The translations under genes and the position numbers were made by a program. A stretch of DNA of 64,000 nucleotides from Lingula anatina (taxonomy: Eukaryota > Animalia > Brachiopoda). The notes beneath the pieces are model-generated. The model was given only the letters and a program-made list of their open reading frames with translations. It had not been told where the DNA came from and did not search any database. Below are positions 51,001 through 62,800 of this stretch, one piece after another. Each line of letters starts with the position of its first letter. Positions within the stretch are counted from its first letter, which is position 1. The stretch is from contig CM120640.1 of NCBI GenBank assembly GCA_051362555.1, forward strand, positions 5,394,001 through 5,458,000. Reading direction: 5' to 3'.

Positions 51001-54000
51001 ATAAAAATACTAGTGTGGTCAATGAAACTGTGTTTACAAATCCTCAGGATGAGAAAAATGTCACTATTTCCACTATTTCTATTGTCAACAGCAATGTCAC
51101 ATCTCACTACACCAATCTAAGCAGTGCTATGACTGTAAATCATACTGCACAGAATTCAGCTAATAAATCTTCGAGAAAACCTCAACTTTTGTCCAGTTTG
51201 ATACGTCCTGATGATTATTACAAGAACAAAAAACTTACTGGCAAGAGAGTTTCAGACAAAGAACTGACCTACACCCTGGATACATTACTTCGTCAGATGA
51301 CCAAACAACAGCAGTATATTCTGGCTTTGCAATACAAGATGGACAAATATATATCAAGTCAAACTGACCCTGTGAATTATTATGCCCCTGGTAAGCACAA
51401 AAAATATATCATCTAAATAAAAAATGGTTAGTTATTGTAGGTTTTATGCTGTTACAGTTTAAGAAATTTGCTTTGTAAACCTCTAGTCAAAATTTAACTA
51501 GCTGCAAATGACTTTTACTAGACTGTCTAATAATTCTTATATATAATTAGTCTTCATATGATAAATATTAGGTCCATATTTAAAGCACTTATATTCCAAA
51601 AGGTAGATTTGTCAGACTACCATAGATGGATGTTCAAAGTACTGCCAATGAAAATTACTGTTAACATAAGTATCAGGGAATTATTTTATCAGTGGGCTGG
51701 GCTAGTGATTTGTTATATATTATTAGTCAGGTCTAGTTGTGTATTGGTTAAATTCATTTGCAGACTGTGATGTACTACACAAGGAACAAGGCATCAATGT
51801 GAGTGGGGTTTACAAAATTCAACCCAGGGGCATGCAGCAGCCAATCAGTGTTTACTGTGACATCTATGGAGGATCTGGTTGGACAGTCATACAACGGAGG
51901 ACATTTGGAGGTGAAACCAGTTTTGATAAAGGTACAGTGGGTATTCACGCAGCAATTCTTTAACTAAAAAATTCTGATGAAAACCCTTTGAATTTAGAAA
52001 TACATTTCACTACTTAAAACCATGGCAACGGACATATTGCATTAACAATTATATTAATTTTTCTTTCATATATTTTCTAATGTTCCAAAATCATTTATCA
52101 TAAGGTTTTGTGTGGTTAGGTATTGACAACTTCTTTTAAAATACTGAATCACAAAATGGGTATAAAAATTTACATGATTCTTTATGAAACAGCTATCTAC
52201 TTTCAGACTGGAAGAGCTATAGGACAGGGTTTGGGAACATCCTGGGTGATTACTGGCTGGGGAATGAAAATATCCACAAAATGACAAGCTCAAAACTGTA
52301 CAGTCTCAGGATAGACATGCAACTCAGGCAAGTGTCCACTACCTATTTTACATTTAAAAGATTAAATCTTTATCACACCATTTAACATAGTTCTCTTAGA
52401 TAATAGCAATTATCTGTTATCAGAGGAATATAAGAAAAACTAATTGAAGTAATTTCTGACAATGTTTTTTTTTCAGGAATGTGGACATGTGGAAATTTGC
52501 AGAATATCAAGAATTCAGCATAGCAGCAGAGGACATCAATTATCGCCTGACCATCGGCAACTACTCAGGTGATGCTGGGAATGCACTCCACTATCACGAT
52601 GGGATGATGTTCTCCACTGAGGACAAGGACAATGACCTGGCTCCCACAGATAACTGTGCTGTGTTTGGGGGCTGGTGGTACGAGGACTGCCATTATGGGG
52701 ACCTTAATGGTTATATGAGATGGAGTGGGGCTTACAACTCATACTACAGTCTTGGGAGGAGTCTTATGAAAATTAAGCCATTGCAGTGATTTTCGACAAA
52801 AGCAGATTTGTCCACATTTTTCTTGCACATGATTACTTAGACATGAACAAAATATTCTGGTGTTTTATTTATGTGTTATACAGAGGCACATATTTATTTA
52901 GCAAAGTTTTTTCTATATATTCCCTATTATTGACCAATCCTCTGAAAATAATTTAAATAATTATCTTAATTTTTGTGTAGTATAAATTGTACTGATAAAC
53001 AATATAATCCTGTATAGATATAAATGTACTCACTTCAAGTCAAAGTTTTCTGGATAAGCTGTAGTCTCAGTTCTGGGGTAGCTGATGTATCCTTGAGTGT
53101 AGAGTTTCTCAGCTATCTGCATGGTGTGCTGGGGACCCATGCCTTATGACAAATAAATGAGTATTGTATGATCACATAATACTGTTTTATTCATGTCATT
53201 CATACTTAGCAAAAGCAGTGAATAAAGCATGTTTGCTATAAAAATCAGAACCTACCACCTTTCAAGAAAATTTATATATTTAACAGGTGCCCTGGATTGA
53301 GCAATATTGGTTAACTGATTTTAGAAGCCTACAAATACTTTGAGTCAGGAGTATCTTACCAAGACCTGAGCTACCAACTCTCAGTAGCTCTACTGTGTTC
53401 AGTGCCTGTGGACGGGCTTTGGTCTTTTCCTTGTTAACAATATTTACAACTCTGTAATGTAATTAAAATGCAGATAAATTTTCATAACCATCTGGTGTTT
53501 GTGAGTCCTCTATGCATGGTTGCAGCTATACAGCTTAAAATCTTATTCTGTTCTTTAAGAATACTTGAGCTTTTGTTAAACAAGTCCTTAGTGTTGTTTG
53601 AATACATTCTTTTGACTTAAATCACTGTAAATAATGTATCTAAAGGAAAGAAACTAATCATGGTCCCCAAAAAGCTGGTGGAAAAATAGAATTGTAGTAG
53701 TACCCATATACTGTGCAAACTCACCTGGCCTTGTCAGCTCCTTTCACAATGTTAAGGAACATTTGTGCTACTTCCTTGTCAAATATCCTTACTCTGTCCC
53801 AGTCCAGATGGAGGGTTCTACCACTAGGGTGGGTCACCTGAAGGACACAACACACCTTTAATACTACAGACAATTCCACGGGCAAAATCCTATATCTAAT
53901 ACTGTAGTTTTTTAACTTGATGTGAAAATTATGTTATATGTATAAAATAAACCTTGTCAAACAACAAGGAATATTCCTCTTTCTCTTACTGCCATATTAC

Positions 54001-56242
54001 CTTGTTCAAATTAATTTCTTAAATGGTCAAACCAAAAGCACTCATGTAAAATTTTAAAAAAATATATACTTTTATTAAGAAAAACATTACATGACTGCAA
54101 TGCTCTTCAACCTCTTATATGAATTCTAGATTACAGAGCAAAGCATAAGAAACTATGTTATACACTGACTGTACTTACAGGGAGTTGTATGACCCAGAAT
54201 GGCTCTGGTTTAAAAGATTGAATCTTATCATGCCTTTCCACACAAAACCCTAAGGTAGGTGTTTGACATGGTCCATAGGATATCAAAGTGCTGTCCAGAT
54301 CTCCATACTTTCCCTAAAAACAATAATTGATTTCACAGTAAAAGACAAACATTATACTTAAAAGATAGGTGAAATTAGTTCGATGAAAGCTATGCAGCAT
54401 ATATATATATATAATTATTTTCTCATCCGTTTTCATCACTGTCTCATTTCAGCTTCAAATCAATAACTGGGGTAGCGCTAACACTCGCCAATTTAGCCAA
54501 ATGCTAAAACTGACTTAAATTGGCTAAAGAAAAAGGGCTTGATTTGACATGTTTTAGCCAAATTATAACCATTTTGATAACAAATTGACAAAAATGTGGT
54601 GATTTGGCTAAGTGAAAAAAATTGCTAGCGCTACCCCAGAATAATATAACTGAATGTCTTTCATGAAGTTTATTACCCCCGCCAAGGAGGTTATGTTTTC
54701 ATCCCTGTTTGTTTGTTTGTTTGTTTGTCTGTCATCAACATAACTCAAAAAGTTATGGACCCATTTTGATGAAATTTTCAGGAACTGTCAGAAGTGGGCC
54801 AAGGAACAGATGGTTAGTTTTTGGTGGTGATCTGGATCAATAATTAATCAATAATCAATAATAATCAAAAATTGCTGCTTTGGCAGAGGTCTGCGCTCTC
54901 GGAGTGCTTTTCTAGTTTGCATTTACAAATCTAAAAACTTACTTGGAAAAACTTTGTTTGATATCTTGTAAAAGCACATCCAATTCTCAGATCTAGTTCT
55001 TGTCTGGCATCCACAGACATTGCTTCATTCTTGTTCGGGCTGCCTAAGTTAGCCATGGCCCTCTTGATGTCTGCCTCAGTTATAGCACTGAAGTGGGCTC
55101 TGTATATGGTCTTAGGTAATAAATAGAAACAGAATATAAGTATGACAAAAAGATGCTTATAAATAACCTGGAAAATTTCATCAAATATTTACATCTGTAA
55201 AGAAGAATAAATACATATATATGGTTAGTCTAAAGAGGTTTTTAGTGCCAATTACTTTTAGCAATTCACTTAGCAATACCAACCTGTTCACCTCTTGACC
55301 TGTTCATGACATGCTGAACAGAGTCAATCACTTCAAAGCAAATGTTTTCACCTTCTTTATCACAATCCAACCAAAGCACCAGGTAGTCACATCCTCTAGC
55401 CTATAAAATACAGCATTAAACACTAGCATATTAAGAGGAGCTTCATGTTAAAATGTTACAGCAAACATTTGGGAAATCTGCAAATTTGTAACCATTACTT
55501 TCCACTCTTGACTTCTTATACCCACTGTTAAGACAATAGACCAAAGCTAAGAAACTCAGTTTTTTTCTTAATAATGTAATAATAATATATTTAATTGCTA
55601 ATGATTTTTTCTGATTTACCAGCAAGTCAACAAATGTTAAGGAGAGACAACTACCTCTTTTTCCAGGAACTTGGGCATGTGGAGATTAACTGAGGCCTCT
55701 TTCTTCTGCGTTGGAGCATGAAACAATTCTGCCTGTTAAATATATAAAAAATAAATTTATTTTCCCCCACACAAAACGTTTTGGATGACATGTTGATCAA
55801 CTTGATATTTTCTTTATAAAACAATGTTGGGATAATATAGTGCACTTTATCATTAACATTAAACTAACAAAACGTGGGAGTGTTGAAGGTAAACGGTTGT
55901 CAAATGATTTCATCGGATTCATCCCCACCCCTCCCTTCTCCCTTAGACTTTCTGGTGTAAATTTTGCACAATGAAGCTTTTTATTTTAAAAACGACATAA
56001 ACACTAACCGGGTCAACTTTGTCCCAGTTGTTGTACTTCCCAATGAAGTCTAGACTCATAACATGGCCGCACACGGATGTCATCTTGAAGCGTACAGTCT
56101 CGCCGAGAAACTTGCCGTTGTATTCGTGAATGGAGCAAGCACCATTTGAACCTTTTCTGCTATTCATGTTACCGTTTGAGAGAATTTTCGCCAAGGCCTG
56201 GGCCAAGGATGGCTTCTCTGCTACCATAAGTACAGTCTTCAT
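45025..56242 (-). CDS. TOP3B: DNA/RNA topoisomerase 3-beta, about 17 coding exons
   Basis: [14 protein letters not shown] Toprim start, [37 protein letters not shown], catalytic [11 protein letters not shown] (exon 53142-53034), [21 protein letters not shown], Cys-rich zinc ribbons, RGG tail and the terminal [12 protein letters not shown]. Confidence 0.97.
47553..47645. repeat. ~29-bp (CTA)-rich minisatellite in a TOP3B intron
   Basis: TACTACAACTACTACTACTAAATT repeated about three times. Confidence 0.8.
49560..52789 (+). CDS. Secreted fibrinogen-related protein (long Ser/Thr/Asn-rich stalk plus C-terminal FBG domain), about 810 aa, nested in a TOP3B intron; exons 49560-51390, 51764-51931, 52207-52327, 52477-52789
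   Basis: Signal peptide ([17 protein letters not shown]). FBG motifs: PDC..., SGVYKI, VYCD...[20 protein letters not shown]...[40 protein letters not shown]...LNG, MKIKP. The exons total 2433 nt in frame. Confidence 0.9.
54467..54639. mobile_element. 173-bp MITE with perfect 14-bp TIRs
   Basis: CTGGGGTAGCGCTA...TAGCGCTACCCCAG with AATAA on both flanks. Internal TTAGCCAAAT / ATTTGGCTAA repeats. Confidence 0.8.
54669..54918 (+). mobile_element. Helentron-associated interspersed element (HINE/DINE-1-like), near full length
   Basis: Begins TTTATTACCCCCGCCAAGGAGGTTATGTTTTC, has a (GTTT)n microsatellite, and ends TTTGGCAGAGGTCTGCGCTCTCGGAGTGCTTTTCTAGTTT. Homologous to 21874-22113. Confidence 0.8.
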
Positions 56243-56879
56243 TTTCAAACTCTTGTAGATTACCTAGAATTAGCAAAAAATTGAAGTAAATTCAGACGTC
56301 CACCTCATTCAGGTGGGGGCGGCCATTGCAAATCTCGCGTGAGAACTAGCACGAACGAGAATTAGGACATAGTGCGCCAAGTTTGACTCTTAACTCAGTT
56401 TCGATGGTGATGCCGGTTAATCAGCACCCAGGCTTGGCGAAGAAGACTTGAAATGGACATATAGTCGATATGTCGCCTATGTATGGAAAAAATTGATCTA
56501 GGGTAAATGCGTTTTGTGAGTGGACGTCTTATTCCTCCCCCCCCCCCCTTTCAGTGCTTCACATTTTTGCTCTTGCCGCTACAGTCACATAGAAACACTT
56601 GCAAGTGCTTAGTGACAGTTGCAGAATCATGTAATTAGGCACAGCTTTAAATGAAAATACATATTAAGAGATTGCTTACAATTGTTATGCAATGTTTACT
56701 TATTTAAAATAAAAAAGGTTTGGGTTATATGATATTTTAATTGAATCCACATAAAGAATCACAGAGTGCATCATTAAGTATAATGACTAATGTGAATTTG
56801 ATTGTTTTGAAATTTCATTGTTTTATGTTTCAGAATTTAAACCTCTGTGTTCAGTTTTCTGATACATGGTTTAAGAATC
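56243..56879. promoter_or_regulatory. Divergent promoter and 5' UTR region shared by TOP3B and MCM9
   Basis: 637 bp between opposed ATGs. CpG-rich core with GGGGGCGGCCATT (56315-56327), TCTCGCGTGAGA (56333-56344) and an E2F-like GCGCCAA. Confidence 0.55.
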
Positions 56880-59800
56880 ATGGGAGATAAAGAGTTGAAA
56901 CCAGAAGAGATTGAAGAATACTCGAGTGAGTTTACTGTACTACTACATGTACAGTAATTACTAGTACAATGTATACAAATGTAGTCCATGTACCTCTGTA
57001 CAATCATAAACAACACTAGGAAAATATTTGCAACAATTGTGTAAGTAAGTAATGATCAGTAATATATATATATTGATGTGTTACTTATGGTATGAGAATA
57101 TACCTAACATTGCGTAGTGCTTACAGGTACATACATATATAAAGAATGACTGTATATATTTGATATTGGTTTAAGTTTAACTTGGGTGCTTTATTCCAGA
57201 AATCTTTCAAACCTATGCATTGTCTCACCACGAAGAAGAACTAGTTGATGTACTGTCAGACGAGGACATTGGGGACCATCATGGTATCAGTGTAAAGTAA
57301 GGCTAATTTTCACCTTGGTACCATGGTTAACAGTACTAAAATGTTTCAGCCCACCTGTTACCCATCCTAGTAGACCATGTAATTCAAAAAGTCTAGTCTG
57401 AATATGAAGTGTGTAGAAAATAGAAAATTAATAAATCAGATCAAATTAAACACTTAAAAATCTAAGTTTTCTTTATTATTCTGACACCAGTCAATTGCCT
57501 CTGACTATACTTTTTTAAAAGACTGTTAAATAGAACCGACATTTATGAAGTGAAAGTCAGTATGCATAAGAATCATGTCTCATTAAGATGGTTTTGAATT
57601 GAAGCTGTGTCATTATGACATGTTTCCAGTGCCCTGACACTGTTTGAGACCAATATGGCTATCTCAGAAGTCCTGATCAGTTGTCCACTGAAGATCTTAC
57701 CAGTGTTTGACTCTGCACTAAAGTTGGCACAAGAGGACATATACAGAGAACATCCACAGAGGCACCACATGGTAAGACAGGGCTACTAAAGCTGACATGG
57801 ATCTTGCTTCAGTGGAGTATTACTGAGGTTATAATTGCATATCTAAAAAGTACATGTGAGGACATTAATAAATATATTAAAGAAACTTCTAATATTTTAG
57901 AAGTTTCTTTAATATATTTTAATACTTCTAATATTTTTTATCACTGCAACTTTCCAGGTGAGATGCCTGACTGAAAAGAGTGAAGCTATGCATAGGTGGT
58001 CTGTTGTTGATCTTACTAGCACTCATAATAATGAAGTGTTATAGGCGTCATTGTCTTTTAGTCTCTTTGTTGCTATGTAAATGTACTTAAGTCTATATCA
58101 AGGATAATGCTTTTACATTGAGACAATAAGTCAGACATATGGTATAATTTCAGAAAGTGAAGTGTAACATCCATGCTAGGATCATGGGGCTCCCTGTATG
58201 TCCAGAGCTTACCAGGGAAGTGTTACCTAAAACTTCAGATGTGGGCAGCTTCCTCTCTGTCTCAGGTAAATTATAAGGATTATAAAATTATTATTATAAG
58301 AGGTACGTTTAAAAGGCAACATCATTTAAGTTTTCATCTGGTTAATGGATGACTATTTTTTATGACAAACCAAATGAACATGAAAATTTGAAATCCCAAG
58401 AGGATATCTATTTAGAATCATGCACAGAAAAAAGTCCCACCTCCATTTTATGATGCACTTTTGAGACATTTTTATATTATTTTCTATACATGAAGAGGTT
58501 ATTTAAGGTGTATAAAATTACATTTATTAAAATGTTTGTCTTGAATATCAGGAACAGTGATCCGCACGTCCACAGTGAAGCTATTGGAGTATGAGAAAGA
58601 GTACATGTGTACCAAGTGTAAGCATGTATTTACTGTGGAGGCAGACCTGGAGCAGTTCTATAGTGTGTGCAGACCAGTGAAATGTCTGAACCCAGAGGAG
58701 TGCAACTCTGTCCAGTTTGTACCAATGGCAGAATTAGGTAGATTAGAAATATATAATTATAGTCTAAAATTCAAACCTGTATATCAGAGATTAGATATTT
58801 TAACTTATAACTTTAGTAGGTATCCCTTTAATAAACTGATGAAAATTTATTGATTTACAGATGGACAGAAATAAAAAGTAAACAAGTCAATTTACTATTT
58901 TACCAAAGTGTACAGTAGGTATTGCAAGATTATAAGAACCATAGAACAGTAATATGTTTTTGTTGGTAATATAACTTTAAATGAATCAAAGACAACCAAC
59001 ATTTTCTAATACATTTAATATGCAGGTGCTTCCCCTGGCTCCTGTCGTAACTACCAGGAGGTGAAGATCCAGGAGCAGGTCCAGAAGCTGTCAGTTGGCA
59101 CCATACCAAGATCAATGTGGGTGGTACTAGAAGATGACCTGGTGGATGTGTGTAAAGCTGGGGATGATGTGACCATATGGTATGTATTTAAGACATGCTA
59201 TTAGCCTAATAATTTAAAAAATGCCAAAGGGGAATAGAAAAATGCATGCCTTTAAAATGTATCTTGAAAGATTGTATTGCAGGCATTTGTCACAATGATA
59301 TTGTACTATGCATGGTGTGTCTTATATTATATTTATGTACATTTGAGTTATATTTCCAGTGGCACTGTGATGAGGAGGTGGTTACCTGTGATCAGTGATG
59401 TCAGGTGTGATATAGAGATTGTTCTCAAGGCAAACCATGTCCAGGTCATAAATGAACAAAGAACTAATGTCATGGTGACACAGGAAATGGTGAGTAGTGA
59501 CTATAATATTGTGTAGAGTAGATAGGTGTTCCTCTGTCCCAAGTTTGTCTTTAAGAATATTGAATCATAAATATATTTGATACAATATGCTTTCAGGTCT
59601 TCATGTCTACTTTAAATTTGAAATAGATTTTTGTCTTCAGTTACTGTTATTGTTTGCATTTGTTTTTATAGAAAAAAGAATTCCAAGACTTTTGGGTTAA
59701 GCACAAGTTCAGTCCTATGACAGCCCGTAATCAGATCCTGGCCAGTCTGTGTCCTCAGGTGTATGGACTGTATGTGGTTAAACTGGCTGTAGGCATGGTT

Positions 59801-62800
59801 CTGGCTGGTGGAGTGCAGGTAATAGTCAACTGTTTAATAGGTATTTAATTTTTGGTTTATCCTTTTGATTCTCTGGTTGATTGTGTAACATCCATGCTAG
59901 GATCATGGGACTACCTATATTGGTGTAAAGTGATAAAATCTCAATTGGGGTTGAAAAATTTAAATGGTTTTATTTGGTCAAATATCAATCAATATATTGT
60001 GTTTGTAATTCCTCTATTGAATGGAAACTTTGGAATGGGGGCAGTATATGGGTGGTATTAGTTTGTGTAACTATCTATGTATTTGATGATAAGGTAGTAA
60101 TTTATGAACCAGGGTAATGTCCTTTTTATAATGAAAAATGCACTGTTTGCAGCTTTTGGTTAAAAAAAATTTAATACATTTTCAGCGTCTTGATGACTCG
60201 GGTAGTAAGGTGAGGGGAGAAGCACACATCTTATTGGTTGGGGATCCAGGTTGGTATGCCAATATATGTAGATGCATGAGTTTTTTTATAACATTCTTCA
60301 CTTGTGTAAAATCTATGAAAATATGCTTGTCATGTGCTTGTTGATCTGTAGAAAAATCCTGTTTACTAAGTATCAATTTTATATCCATTTGCAATTCATT
60401 TCACCAGAGTTGAATCAATTTCACAATGATGTACTAAATGTAGGATTCCCTTATGCCAAGCCTGATTAAGTTGACACACTTATATTTGCTTCAAGGGACA
60501 GGCAAGTCTCAGTTCCTGAAGTATGCTGCTAAGATCACCCCCAGGTCAGTGCTGACTACAGGGATAGGAAGCACCAGTGCTGGTCTCACAGTCACTGCAG
60601 TGAAGGTATCACCTGAATGCAATACTAAATGAAGTTTTTCACATAATCTGTTTTACAGATGATATAGATAAAATTAGTGTAAGGATATTTTAATGATTTG
60701 AAAGGTGCTACATGTAGCAAATGAATGCGATTAAACAATAATGATACTGATTTAATTTTATGATTATGAACATAAATTAGACAACAATTGTGTGTGCGTG
60801 TGGTGTGTGTGTGTGTGTGTGTGTGTAAGCAGTAGTTTGAAAGGCATATTGGTTCTTAATATTTAAGGATGGTCATGAGTGGCAGCTAGAGGCAGGCGCT
60901 TTGGTTTTGGCAGATGGTGGTGTGTGCTGCATTGATGAATTTAACAGCATCAGAGAGCATGATAAAACTAGTATTCATGAGGCAATGGAGCAGCAGACCA
61001 TCAGTGTAGCTAAGGTAGGAATATTGAAAATAGTTCATGGAAAAGCTAAACTTTTGCTGCATGGTATCAAGAACATCTTGATAGTATTGAACTGAAGCAA
61101 TCATGATTCTTTTATTTATATTTATGTATAATACATTTAAATTTATGGTTCTCCTGTTAGTGACAAGCAATGATTCAGAAACCAAATAGATAACTAGAAT
61201 TTAAGGGAGAAAGAAAAGAATGTGATTACCTAACCTCTGTGTTATCCATTGCTGTAGGCTGGTCTAGTGTGCAAGTTGAATACCAAAACAACCATTATTG
61301 CAGCCACCAATCCTAAAGGAAACTATGACAGAGACCAGGTATATGTCAAGTTTGACTATAACATCAGTACTGTGATATCACATCACTGAATCACAATCCT
61401 GCATCACATATATCCCATAATTGTACATCGGGCATTTTTTGTAAGTTCATCGAACAATAGTTATCACGTTTTACCATTGTCACACCTTTTTATTTGCACG
61501 GATAAGATTTTTTAATTTGTGGAATCTAAAACATCACTACATGTTAAGGCATGAAGAGAACTCTTCTATCTATCATTGCAATATGTACTGTGTACTTTCA
61601 GCCTCTGACAGTAAACATTGCTTTGGCCAGTCCTCTGCTGAGCAGGTTTGACTTGGTGCTGGTACTTCTAGACACCAGGAATGAGGAGTGGGATAAGGTG
61701 GTCTCATCTTATATTCTAGAGGGAAAGACTCCTCTAGGTGGGTGTAAATCCTGGTGAAGTCAACATAGTTGTGATAATGACAGTGATAGGTTAAATCCTA
61801 AACAAATTGTACTCATGTCTGTTTGCTTACCTTGTGTAGATGATGGTGTAAATGTTTGGGGTAATTTAGGATGGAGGAGACATCAAGCATCGCTTTACAC
61901 ATGTTGAACAGAAACCATTGCTTTTTAACATTGAAATGATTTTAAACACAAAGATACATAACTTAGAATTAAAATTAGTACTAGCCAGCTTCAAATGATC
62001 TTTATTGAATTATTATTTTTTCACTTACCTGTGGTTTAGATGTATTGCCTAATGCCAGCCTATGGAGCATGGACAAGATGCAGGCTTATTTCTCTCTTAT
62101 TAAAACACTGCAACCACAGTTAACTGATCAGGCTAGCAGGTAGGACTTTTTCCCTTTTTTATTCTACCATTTTTAAAAGTTTTCAGTTATTAAATATTAA
62201 CACAATCCCTTTAAAAGATGGAAAAAAAGATGAACTAGTTTTCAAACATAAACCATGATTGTTTTTTTATTGTAGGGTGTTGCAAGCATACTATAAGGCT
62301 CAAAGGATGGCTGATGACAGAAATGCTGCCAGAACCACCATGAGACTACTGCAGAGCATGATTAGGCTTTCTCAAGGTATATGCCATCACAGTTCTGACA
62401 TATCAAAGTTTTTTTGCCAATCTTTGAATATGGTAATGGGCACTAAAAGTTGTTAAAAAAAGGACTTTAGTCTTTCTTGGTTCTGATCCCTTATTTGATT
62501 GTTTTTTGCAGCACATGCACGTCTCATGTTCCGTGATGAAGTGACAACCCAGGATGCAGTTCTTGCTGTATCAATAATGGAGTCTTCAATGCAGGTATAG
62601 TTTCAGTGACAAAAATATGTTTACAATGAGACTGAAAAATATTGATCTAAGTATTCTAAAAGCTATTTTTAAAAAACAAACTACGTTTTCTCCTTTTGCT
62701 AGTGGTTGAGAATGCTTGGGAAAACAAAATTTAGAGTGCTTAAAGATACTTGAGAAAGGAGAATTTCAAAATTTTCAGGAAGGTTACACCAAAAATGTTG

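Noticed and set aside
60606-60620. GTATCACC donor as a possible U12-type intron in MCM9
   Set aside because: It does not match the U12 consensus GTATCCTT and I saw no U12 branch site.
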